Source: Sphingomonas sp. (lineage in GTDB: Bacteria > Pseudomonadota > Alphaproteobacteria > Sphingomonadales > Sphingomonadaceae). Taken from it: a stretch of 64,000 bases of DNA. Both the position numbers and the translations under genes were made by a program. Under the pieces are notes generated by a model, which was not told the origin of the DNA, did not search any database, and worked only from the letters and a program-made list of their open reading frames with translations. The stretch is taken from positions 117,136-181,135 of the forward strand of contig JAFKLY010000009.1 in the NCBI GenBank assembly GCA_017304655.1. Reading direction: 5' to 3'. Below are positions 30,816-37,766 of this stretch, one piece after another (position 1 is the first letter of the stretch; every line of letters begins with the position of its first letter).

Positions 30816-32231
30816 ATGCGGATCAGGAAGCACGCAGCGGTCGCGGCGGCAATCATCACCTTCGCGGGACAGGTTCAGGCGGCCGATGCGCCGCTCCGAC
30901 CGGATCAGGCGGCATTCCGCAGCCTCTACAAGGAGTTGGTGGAGACCGACACCAGCATCACCACCGGCAGTTGCACCGCACTGGCCGACAAGGTGGACGC
31001 CCATCTGCGCGAAGCCGGTTACACCGATGCGGACATCACCCGCTTCGCCGTGCCCGAGCACCCCAAGGAGGGCGGGCTCGTCGTCATCCTGCCCGGTACG
31101 TCGAAAACGCTGAAGCCCATCCTGCTGCTCGGCCATATCGACGTCGTGGTCGCCCGGCGCGAGGACTGGACCCGAGACCCCTATCAGCTCATCGAGGAAA
31201 ACGGCTATTTCTATGGCCGCGGCACGTCCGACATGAAGGCGATGGACGCCATCTGGATCGACATGATGATGCGCTTCAAGCGGGAGGGATACCGCCCGAA
31301 GCGCACGCTGAAGCTGGCACTCACCTGTGGCGAGGAAACCAGCACGGCGTTCAACGGTGCCCAATGGCTGGCGCAGAACAAGCGTGACCTGATCGACGCC
31401 GAATTCGCGCTGAACGAGGGCGGCGGCGGCCGGTCGGACGGGCGCGGCAATGCGGTCGAGATGCGCATCCATGTCGGCGAGAAGGCGGCCGTCAATTATC
31501 GCATCGAAGCGACCAATCCCGGCGGCCACAGCTCGGCGCCGGTGCGCGACAACGCGATCTACGAACTGGCCGACGCGCTGGCGAAAGTCCGTGACTATGA
31601 ATTCCCGCTGATGCTCAACGATACGACCCGCGCCTTCTTCGCCAAGGCTGGCGCGGGCCGGACGGACGCGATGGGCAAGGCGATGGTCGCGATCGTCGCG
31701 AACCCGGCCGACAAGGCCGCCGAAGCGACCCTCAATACCGACAAGAGCTATCACTCCATGTTGCGCACGACTTGCGTGGCGACGCTGCTGGATGGCGGTC
31801 ATGCCAACAACGCGCTGCCGCAGCGCGCCGGCGCGAACATCAATTGCCGCATTTTCCCTGGCATCTCGGCCGAGGCGGTGCGCCGCGCGCTGGAGCAGGC
31901 GATCGCCGACCCGCGCATGACGGTGAAGCTGAGCGACGACCGCGGCCCCCTCGCCAAGGCGCCGCCGCTCACGCCCGCCATCCTGAAACCCGCCGAGCAG
32001 ATGGTCGCGAAATATTATCCTGGCGTCCCGCTGATCCCCGTGATGTCGACCGGCGCGACGGACGGCATCTTCCTGCAAGCCGTCGGCATTCCCTCCTACG
32101 GCCCGCCGGGCCTCTATGGCGATGCGGACGGCAATGGCACGCACGGCCTCAACGAGCGCGCCATCGTCAAGTCCGTCTACACGGGCCGCGATCTGCTGAC
32201 CGACCTGGTGAAGCTCTACGCCTCACGCTAG
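30816..32231 (+). CDS. secreted M20-family metallopeptidase
   Basis: Signal peptide MRIRKHAAVAAAIITFAGQVQA, with LGHIDVV, GRGTSDMKA and CGEE. GGGAGG precedes the ATG at 30816. Confidence 0.85.
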   Translation: MRIRKHAAVAAAIITFAGQVQAADAPLRPDQAAFRSLYKELVETDTSITTGSCTALADKVDAHLREAGYTDADITRFAVPEHPKEGGLVVILPGTSKTLKPILLLGHIDVVVARREDWTRDPYQLIEENGYFYGRGTSDMKAMDAIWIDMMMRFKREGYRPKRTLKLALTCGEETSTAFNGAQWLAQNKRDLIDAEFALNEGGGGRSDGRGNAVEMRIHVGEKAAVNYRIEATNPGGHSSAPVRDNAIYELADALAKVRDYEFPLMLNDTTRAFFAKAGAGRTDAMGKAMVAIVANPADKAAEATLNTDKSYHSMLRTTCVATLLDGGHANNALPQRAGANINCRIFPGISAEAVRRALEQAIADPRMTVKLSDDRGPLAKAPPLTPAILKPAEQMVAKYYPGVPLIPVMSTGATDGIFLQAVGIPSYGPPGLYGDADGNGTHGLNERAIVKSVYTGRDLLTDLVKLYASR

Positions 32232-32402
32232 GCGGCGAGGACAAATTCGACTGGTGACGTTCGGTTTCAGGTCACATCCCGGCAGATCGGGACCGCTGGC
32301 TTGGGTTGGGCTCGGGCATGGGTAAAACCCGCCAGTGCAACGTCCCGCCCTCATCTCGGACATTCCCAAGCAATCTTGCGATGCCCGAAAGCCGAAATCT
32401 AT

Positions 32403-32858
32403 TCATGCAGCATTTGGACGAAACAGGAGCCGGTCGAGCGACCAGTCTCCGCCACCCCTAAAAACAAGCGGCAACAGTAACCCGGCCCAGCTCAGATGCG
32501 TGGCCCAAGCGTCTGGATAGACGAAGATCTCGATGACCGCGGTCATGCCGAGCAGGGCGAGGGCGGCCGGTCTTGTGAACAGGCCGAGCACCAGCAGGAT
32601 CGGGAAGAGATGTTCTGAATAGGTCGCGGCGTGGGCGGCGATCTCCGGCGGCACCAGCGGCAGCGCATATTCGGTGCGGAACAGCTCATAGGTGCCGTCG
32701 GTGATGTGGAGCAGGCCGTCCACCTTGGTGCGGCCGGACTGGAAGAAGACGGCCGCGATGCCGAGCCGCGCAACCAGCAGAAGCAGGGCGTCGGGCACGA
32801 GCGCGGTCAGGCGCTTAACGGCAAGAGCGCCGCGAGAAAGAAGCATGGTCATGGACAT
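32403..32858 (-). CDS. DoxX-family membrane protein (bufferin-locus accessory protein)
   Basis: Four hydrophobic helices and [18 protein letters not shown], typical of DoxX. It lies downstream of the DUF2282-type precursor. ATG at 32858 or 32852, after GAGGA. Confidence 0.8.
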   Translation of the reverse strand: MSMTMLLSRGALAVKRLTALVPDALLLLVARLGIAAVFFQSGRTKVDGLLHITDGTYELFRTEYALPLVPPEIAAHAATYSEHLFPILLVLGLFTRPAALALLGMTAVIEIFVYPDAWATHLSWAGLLLPLVFRGGGDWSLDRLLFRPNAA

Positions 32859-32877
32859 ATCCTCGGACTGCCGGTCT

Positions 32878-32900
32878 GCCGGGAGGGCGTGCCTCCCGGC
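32878..32900 (-). promoter_or_regulatory. intercistronic GC-rich stem-loop between precursor gene and DoxX
   Basis: GCCGGGAGG (32878-32886) is perfectly complementary to CCTCCCGGC (32892-32900) around a 5-nt loop. There is no U-tract. Confidence 0.5.
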
Positions 32901-32908
32901 ATCGCGCA

Positions 32909-33184
32909 TCAGGCTTTCGGGGTCAGCGAGCCATTGCCCTTGGAGGTCTTGATGCTCGTGCAGGTGCCGGCCTTGACCAGCTTCCAGGCGTTGCCCTGAT
33001 AATTGACCTTGGACGTTCCCGCGCAGCTGGTGCCCGCGCCGGCCTTGCAGTCATTCTTGCCGGCGAGCGATACGCCATAGCATTTCTCCATCGGCGGCTT
33101 CTCCGCGGCCGGTGCGGAGGTTGCCGTGGCGGCGATAGCGAGCGCGAGCGTGGCGGCGAGGGTGGCATGGGTCTTGGTCATCAT
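32909..33184 (-). CDS. bufA: DUF2282-type 4-Cys secreted RiPP precursor (bufferin BufA1-like)
   Basis: Sec signal [26 protein letters not shown], then core [24 protein letters not shown]...GTCTS (C-x10-C-x7-C-x20-C). AAGGAG lies upstream. Confidence 0.85.
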   Translation of the reverse strand: MMTKTHATLAATLALAIAATATSAPAAEKPPMEKCYGVSLAGKNDCKAGAGTSCAGTSKVNYQGNAWKLVKAGTCTSIKTSKGNGSLTPKA

Positions 33185-33234
33185 CTGTCTCCTTGAATGG
33201 CTTGCCCGGGCCGATCGCCGGACATGCCGCGGAG

Positions 33235-33260
33235 TTCGCGAGGAAGAAGGCGACGGTTAC
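33235..33260 (-). promoter_or_regulatory. ECF (SigF-type) promoter for the DUF2282 precursor-DoxX operon
   Basis: The minus strand reads GTAACC (33260-33255), a 16-nt spacer and CGAA (33238-33235), about 50 nt upstream of the start codon. Confidence 0.65.
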
Positions 33261-33304
33261 GCCGGGCACCACGCAAATATTTTCGCACTGGCATCGCGCG
33301 GCGT

Positions 33305-33329
33305 GTAACCTTTCCAGCGCGGCGACGAA
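33305..33329 (+). promoter_or_regulatory. ECF (SigF-type) autoregulatory promoter for the sigma/anti-sigma operon
   Basis: GTAACC (33305-33310), a 15-nt spacer and CGAA (33326-33329), 22 nt upstream of the ATG at 33352. Confidence 0.6.
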
Positions 33330-33351
33330 TGCCCCTGTCACAGGAGCATGA

Positions 33352-33888
33352 ATGCGGGCGAACGAGGAGCAGTTGAGAGGCTGGATGGTAGGGGGACTGG
33401 ACGGCATCGCTGCCGACCATGCCTGCCTGCTGCGCGCGCTCGTGCCTATCCTGTCGGCTTTCTATGGCCGCCGCGTGTTCGCGTCGGACGATATCGAGGA
33501 TCTGGTGCAGGAGACGCTCATCGCCGTTCATACCCGCCGTGCGACCTATGACCGCGATCGGGCCTTCACGGCCTGGCTGTTCGCCATCGCGCGCTACAAG
33601 ATGATCGATCATTTCCGCCGCAGCCGCAGCACCGTGCCCATCGAGGAACTGGAAGCGATATTGATGGTCGAAGGCTTCGAGGCCAGCAGCGGCGCGCGGC
33701 TCGATGTCGAGGATCTGCTCGGCACCTTGCCCGACAAGCAGGCGCGGATGATCCGCGCGATGCATCTGGAGGGCGCCAGCGTCGCCGAGGCGGCCGCGGC
33801 GAGCGGCTATGGCGAATCCGATGTGAAAGTGTCGGTACATCGCGGCCTCAAGGCGCTGGCGGCCCGCATCCGGGGGAGCGGGTCATGA
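33352..33888 (+). CDS. sigF: ECF RNA polymerase sigma factor (SigF-like)
   Basis: Region 2 DLVQETLIAVHTRRATYDRDRAFTAWLFAIARYKMIDHFRR and region 4 QARMIRAMHLEGASVAEAAAASGYGESDVKVSVHRGLKAL. The stop overlaps the next gene. Confidence 0.85.
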   Translation: MRANEEQLRGWMVGGLDGIAADHACLLRALVPILSAFYGRRVFASDDIEDLVQETLIAVHTRRATYDRDRAFTAWLFAIARYKMIDHFRRSRSTVPIEELEAILMVEGFEASSGARLDVEDLLGTLPDKQARMIRAMHLEGASVAEAAAASGYGESDVKVSVHRGLKALAARIRGSGS

Positions 33889-34526
33889 ATACCGATCGCC
33901 TCATCGACAGACTCGCTAGCGATGTAAGGCCGGTGCGCCGGAGTGCTGTCAGTCGGCGCCTCGCGCTGGGAATAGTCATCGGCGCTCTCGTCTCTGCTGG
34001 CCTCGTGATCGCCACGCTCGGCGCGCGCCCCGATCTCATGCTCGCCATGCGCGGTTTCGGCTTCTGGATGAAGTGGTCCTACACGCTCTCGCTGTCTGCC
34101 ATCGCGATCTATGCCACGGCGCGGCTCGCGCGGCCCGATCCGGGGCGCCTTCGCGCGCTCTGGCTGATCGCCATTCCGGTGACATTGCTCGCCGGTGTCG
34201 GCGTCCTCGAGCTGATGCACACTCCACCGAGCGAATGGCTCGCCATGTGGCTGGGCCGCAGCTGGAGCAAGTGCCCTTGGCTGGTGTTCGGCCTTGCCAT
34301 GCCGATCTTCATCGGGCTGCTCTGGTCGTTCAGGCGCTTGGCGCCGACCCGTCTGCGCGCGGCCGGTGCAGCTGCAGGTCTGGCCGCGGGCGCCTTCGCA
34401 GCGACCGTCTATTGTCTGCATTGTCCGGAAGTCTCGGCGATCTTCGTGCTGACCTGGTACACCGCAGGCATTCTGCTCGCTGCCAGTCTCGGCGCTCTTG
34501 TCGGGCCGAGACTTTTGCGCTGGTGA
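33885..34526 (+). CDS. nrsF: NrsF-family (DUF1109) six-helix membrane anti-sigma factor
   Basis: N-terminus MNTDRLIDRLASDVRPVRR followed by six hydrophobic helices. ATGA-coupled to the sigma gene. Confidence 0.8.
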   Translation: MNTDRLIDRLASDVRPVRRSAVSRRLALGIVIGALVSAGLVIATLGARPDLMLAMRGFGFWMKWSYTLSLSAIAIYATARLARPDPGRLRALWLIAIPVTLLAGVGVLELMHTPPSEWLAMWLGRSWSKCPWLVFGLAMPIFIGLLWSFRRLAPTRLRAAGAAAGLAAGAFAATVYCLHCPEVSAIFVLTWYTAGILLAASLGALVGPRLLRW

Positions 34527-34527
34527 T

Positions 34528-34553
34528 GTAACCGGCTCGCGGGTCGCTCCGAA
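34528..34553 (+). promoter_or_regulatory. ECF (SigF-type) promoter for the 6-Cys precursor-MNIO-DUF2063 operon
   Basis: GTAACC (34528-34533), a 16-nt spacer and CGAA (34550-34553), 43 nt upstream of the ATG at 34596. It starts 2 nt after the nrsF stop codon. Confidence 0.65.
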
Positions 34554-34595
34554 CTAATGACGCCAACCCGGCACAACCATTTCGGAGTATCCCTC

Positions 34596-34859
34596 ATGAG
34601 CACTTTCCGCACGGGCGTCAGCTTCGCCGCATCCGCCGCCCTCGTCGCGATCAGCGCCGCCGCCGTTCCGACAGCCGCCGTCGCCAAGGGTGCCGCTAAG
34701 ATCCATTGCTACGGCATCAACACCTGCAAGGGCACGTCTGACTGCAAGACCGCCAAGAATGACTGCAAGGGCATGAACGACTGCAAGGGGCAGGGCTTCA
34801 AGGAGGTTTCGGCCAAGCAATGCTCGGCCGCTGGCGGCAGCCTGACCGAAACGAAGTAA
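34596..34859 (+). CDS. bufA: 6-Cys secreted RiPP precursor (bufferin BufA2 / BUF_6/12Cys-like)
   Basis: Signal MSTFRTGVSFAASAALVAISAAAVPTAAVA, then core KIHCYGINTCKGTSDCKTAKNDCKGMNDCKGQG..QC (C-x5-C-x5-C-x6-C-x5-C-x12-C). GGAG lies 8 nt upstream. Track start 34557 lies inside or just after the promoter. Confidence 0.8.
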   Translation: MSTFRTGVSFAASAALVAISAAAVPTAAVAKGAAKIHCYGINTCKGTSDCKTAKNDCKGMNDCKGQGFKEVSAKQCSAAGGSLTETK

Positions 34860-34866
34860 GCGCTCC

Positions 34867-34902
34867 GGCCCGGCGGTTCCCCCTGATCCCATCCGCCGGG
34901 CC
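34867..34902 (+). promoter_or_regulatory. intercistronic GC-rich stem-loop between precursor gene and MNIO gene
   Basis: GGCCCGGCGG (34867-34876) is perfectly complementary to CCGCCGGGCC (34893-34902) around a 16-nt loop. There is no U-tract. Confidence 0.5.
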
Positions 34903-34925
34903 ACCCTCTCGTCGCGAGACCTATC

Positions 34926-35756
34926 ATGATCCCATCCTTTGCCGGCTTCGGCCTTGGCCTGCGCAAGCAGCATTATCCAGACTTCCTGGAGCATCGCATC
35001 GGCGTGGATTTCGTCGAGGTCATCTCCGAGAATTTCATGATCGATGGCGGCCGGCCGAAACGCATCCTGCGCGAGGTGCGCGAGCGCTATCCGGTCGCGC
35101 TGCACGGCGTCTCGATGTCGGTCGGCTCGGCCGATGGCGTGGATCGCGCTTATCTCGCGCGGCTGCGGGCGCTGGTCGACGAGGTCGAACCGCTGTTCGT
35201 GTCCGATCACCTTTGCTGGACGCGGTTCGGCGGATTCAGCTCCCACGACCTGCTGCCGCTGCCCTATACGCAGGAGGCGCTGGACATCGTCTGCGCCAAT
35301 GTTGCGATCGCGCAGGATGCCCTGGGCCGGGCGATGCTGATCGAGAACCCGTCGAGCTACGTCGCTTTCGAGGATGACATGATGACCGAATGGGCCTTTC
35401 TGGACGCCGTCTGTGCCCGGACCAGCTGCGGACTGCTGCTCGACGTCAACAATGTCTTCGTCAGCGCCACCAATCATGGCTTCGATCCGATCGCCTATCT
35501 CGACGGCGTGCCGCATGATCGCGTCCGCCAGATCCATCTCGCCGGCCATTCGCAGCGCGACACGATGCTGATCGACACGCATGACAGCCCGGTCCCGGCC
35601 TCGGTCTGGGATCTTTATGCCCATGCCCTGCCGCGCCTCGGCCCGGTCGCGACGATGATCGAGCGCGACGATGCCATCCCGCCTCTGCACGAACTTCTCG
35701 CCGAACTGGATCAGGCGCGCGCGATCAATGCGCAGACGACGAGGCTGGCAGCATGA
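34926..35756 (+). CDS. bufB: DUF692 / MNIO (multinuclear non-heme iron oxidative) RiPP-modifying enzyme, BufB-like
   Basis: GFGLGLRKQHY, FVEVISENF, LHGVSMSVGS, VSDHLCW, LLPLPYT, LIENPSSYV, LLLDVNNVFVSATNHGFD, and IHLAGH. Confidence 0.9.
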   Translation: MIPSFAGFGLGLRKQHYPDFLEHRIGVDFVEVISENFMIDGGRPKRILREVRERYPVALHGVSMSVGSADGVDRAYLARLRALVDEVEPLFVSDHLCWTRFGGFSSHDLLPLPYTQEALDIVCANVAIAQDALGRAMLIENPSSYVAFEDDMMTEWAFLDAVCARTSCGLLLDVNNVFVSATNHGFDPIAYLDGVPHDRVRQIHLAGHSQRDTMLIDTHDSPVPASVWDLYAHALPRLGPVATMIERDDAIPPLHELLAELDQARAINAQTTRLAA

Positions 35757-36493
35757 GGCTCGCCGAGTTGCAGCGCGATTTTTGCGCTTGTCTGACGGCG
35801 GAAGGGCTGGCCTCGTTCGGCCCGTGGGCACGCACGGGCCTCGCCGTCTATCAGAACAACTACCGCGCGCAGCTTGCCGCTTGCCTGGAGGAAAGTTTCG
35901 AAAAGACCCGGCAATGGATCGGCAGCGAAGCTTTTCACGAAGCAGTGGTCACCCATGTGGAACGAATACCACCAAGCAACTGGACGCTCGACGCCTACCC
36001 ACGAGATTTCCCAGAGACGCTGGCGATGCTCTATCCGATCGATCCGGAGGTCGCCGAACTCGCAAGCCTTGAACTAGCGCTCGCCGAGGCGTTCGTCGGA
36101 CCGGATTCGGCGAAGCTGACCGCCGAGTTGATTGCGAACACGAACTGGGATCATGCGAGACTGATCTTCGCGCCAACCCTCGAAATCCTGACGCTGACGA
36201 CTAATACATTGGCCATCTGGACCGCTCTCGCGGAGGATAGCTTGCCGCCAATGAGCGCCTTGTTGCCGGCAGAAGGCGCGATGATCGTCTGGCGCGACGG
36301 CGAAGTTCCGCGTTTCCGTGCAATCGATGCCGCCGAACTTCGCGGGATCCTGACCATCAAATCCGGCACAACATTTGCCGATCTTTGCGCTGCGATGGTT
36401 GAGCATGCTGGGGAGGCGGAAGGCGTTACACAGGCTGGCGTCTGGCTTGGCGAATGGCTCAAGGACGGCATGCTCGTCGACATCATCGAATAA
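35753..36493 (+). CDS. bufC: DUF2063-type MNIO partner protein, BufC-like
   Basis: ATGA overlap with the MNIO gene. LAVYQNNYRAQLAACLEESFEKTRQWIGSEAFHEAVVTHVERIPP is typical of the DUF2063 N-terminal domain. Confidence 0.8.
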   Translation: MRLAELQRDFCACLTAEGLASFGPWARTGLAVYQNNYRAQLAACLEESFEKTRQWIGSEAFHEAVVTHVERIPPSNWTLDAYPRDFPETLAMLYPIDPEVAELASLELALAEAFVGPDSAKLTAELIANTNWDHARLIFAPTLEILTLTTNTLAIWTALAEDSLPPMSALLPAEGAMIVWRDGEVPRFRAIDAAELRGILTIKSGTTFADLCAAMVEHAGEAEGVTQAGVWLGEWLKDGMLVDIIE

Positions 36494-36502
36494 GGCTTGG
36501 CT

Positions 36503-36568
36503 GATTACGCCAACATAACCGACATTCGACCGCTCGAAACGCCTACCTAAAACCTGCCGTTCATTCAT
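36503..36568 (+). repeat. att-like bipartite direct repeat, copy A
   Basis: Block 1 is GCCAACATAACCGACATTCG (36509-36528). A 23-nt unrelated spacer follows, then block 2 ACCTGCCGTTCATTCAT (36552-36568). It matches copy B 18/20 and 16/17 with identical spacing. Confidence 0.7.
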
Positions 36569-36768
36569 CATGCTGTTGCGGCCTTGCGATCGACCAGCCT
36601 TGGACAAAGCGGGCATGAGCGACGGCTTGGGCGAATGGTCGCTTCATCCGGAAGCCGTCTTTTCATCCAAAGTTTAGCTTTGCCGTCTTGCGACGGGGGC
36701 TGCCAGGATGCGCCGGGGCCAACTGGAACACTGTGGCCATCGCCTTGGCCGGCCGCCCCGGCTGACCT

Positions 36769-37671
36769 TTAACGCCGTAGGCGACGAGCGATGTGCGTAG
36801 ACATGAAATCAACGAAGACGCGTACCTTCGGCAGTGGGTATTGGCTCGCGGGCCATAGAAGGTGAAGTGCCCCGGTTTCCTGCGCCGACCCCTCTAAGAG
36901 TTCGACGAGTCGCCCGTCATCGATGCTCGATCGCGCAGCAAAATCGGGCAAGTGCGCGATGCCCCGCCCCCGAATTGCCAGTTCAAGGAGCGGCTCCATT
37001 ATCGTCGCCGTTATGGTCGCGTTGGGTGACACTGCTTCGCCGTCAGAAATGACAGGCCAAGGTATGAGCCGCCCGGTTTCCGCAAGGCGCTGGCGCAGGC
37101 AGGCATGACTAGCCAAGTCCGACAGGGACTCTGGTCGTCCTGACCGCGCGATGTAATCAGGAGAAGCGACGAAGCTCCACCCGAACTCCCCCAGTTTTCG
37201 ATGTCGCAAGCGGCTGTCAGTCGGTTCGCCCGATCGAATTACCGCGTCGAAGCCCTCGTCTATGACGTCGACGAACCGGTCGTTGATATCGAGATCTAGC
37301 TGGATATCCGGGTAAGCTTCGTTGAACGCGGTGATCGCCGGCAGCAACAGTGTAGGCTCGACAGGAAGGCCGATCTTCAACTGGCCGTGCGGCGCAGCGC
37401 GGGCGTCGGAAACCTCCGCCTGGGCGGCTTCGATCTCGCTGAGGATACGACGGCACCGATCGAGGAACAGCGTCCCTTCCTCCGTGATCGCGATCGATCG
37501 GGTCGAGCGATGGAATAGCTGGACCGATAGCTGCTCTTCGAGCTTCTGGATCGCCTTGCCGATCGCGGAAGGCGTCAGCCCCATCGCTTGGCCCGCGAGC
37601 TTGAAGCTCCGTCTCTCAGCCGCCAGCACAAAGGCCTGGATGGCGGCAATACTCTCCACCTGAATACGCAT
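36769..37671 (-). CDS. LysR-family transcriptional regulator
   Basis: HTH FVLAAERRSFKLAGQAMGLTPSAIGKAIQKLEEQL plus a substrate-binding domain. Confidence 0.9.
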   Translation of the reverse strand: MRIQVESIAAIQAFVLAAERRSFKLAGQAMGLTPSAIGKAIQKLEEQLSVQLFHRSTRSIAITEEGTLFLDRCRRILSEIEAAQAEVSDARAAPHGQLKIGLPVEPTLLLPAITAFNEAYPDIQLDLDINDRFVDVIDEGFDAVIRSGEPTDSRLRHRKLGEFGWSFVASPDYIARSGRPESLSDLASHACLRQRLAETGRLIPWPVISDGEAVSPNATITATIMEPLLELAIRGRGIAHLPDFAARSSIDDGRLVELLEGSAQETGALHLLWPASQYPLPKVRVFVDFMSTHIARRLRR

Positions 37672-37682
37672 GGTAGAGATAT

Positions 37683-37701
37683 ATTCTTTATTGTCCGGAA
37701 T
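37683..37701. promoter_or_regulatory. candidate LysR-type (T-N11-A) binding site in the divergent promoter region
   Basis: ATTC-N11-GAAT inverted repeat (ATTCTTTATTGTCCGGAAT) lies 12 nt upstream of the LysR start and 66 nt upstream of the OYE start. Confidence 0.4.
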
Positions 37702-37766
37702 TATAGCCGTTTTTCATATCATGCGGTCGACCATAAATAGCCAGCGACACGAAACGCGAGGCTCGC

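Noticed and set aside
33181-33840. 219-aa minus-strand ORF
   Set aside because: It is antisense to the ECF sigma factor gene and would run through both divergent promoters.
34554-35831. 425-aa minus-strand ORF across the MNIO gene
   Set aside because: It is antisense to the 6-Cys precursor and the strongly motif-supported DUF692 gene, and has no recognisable domain.
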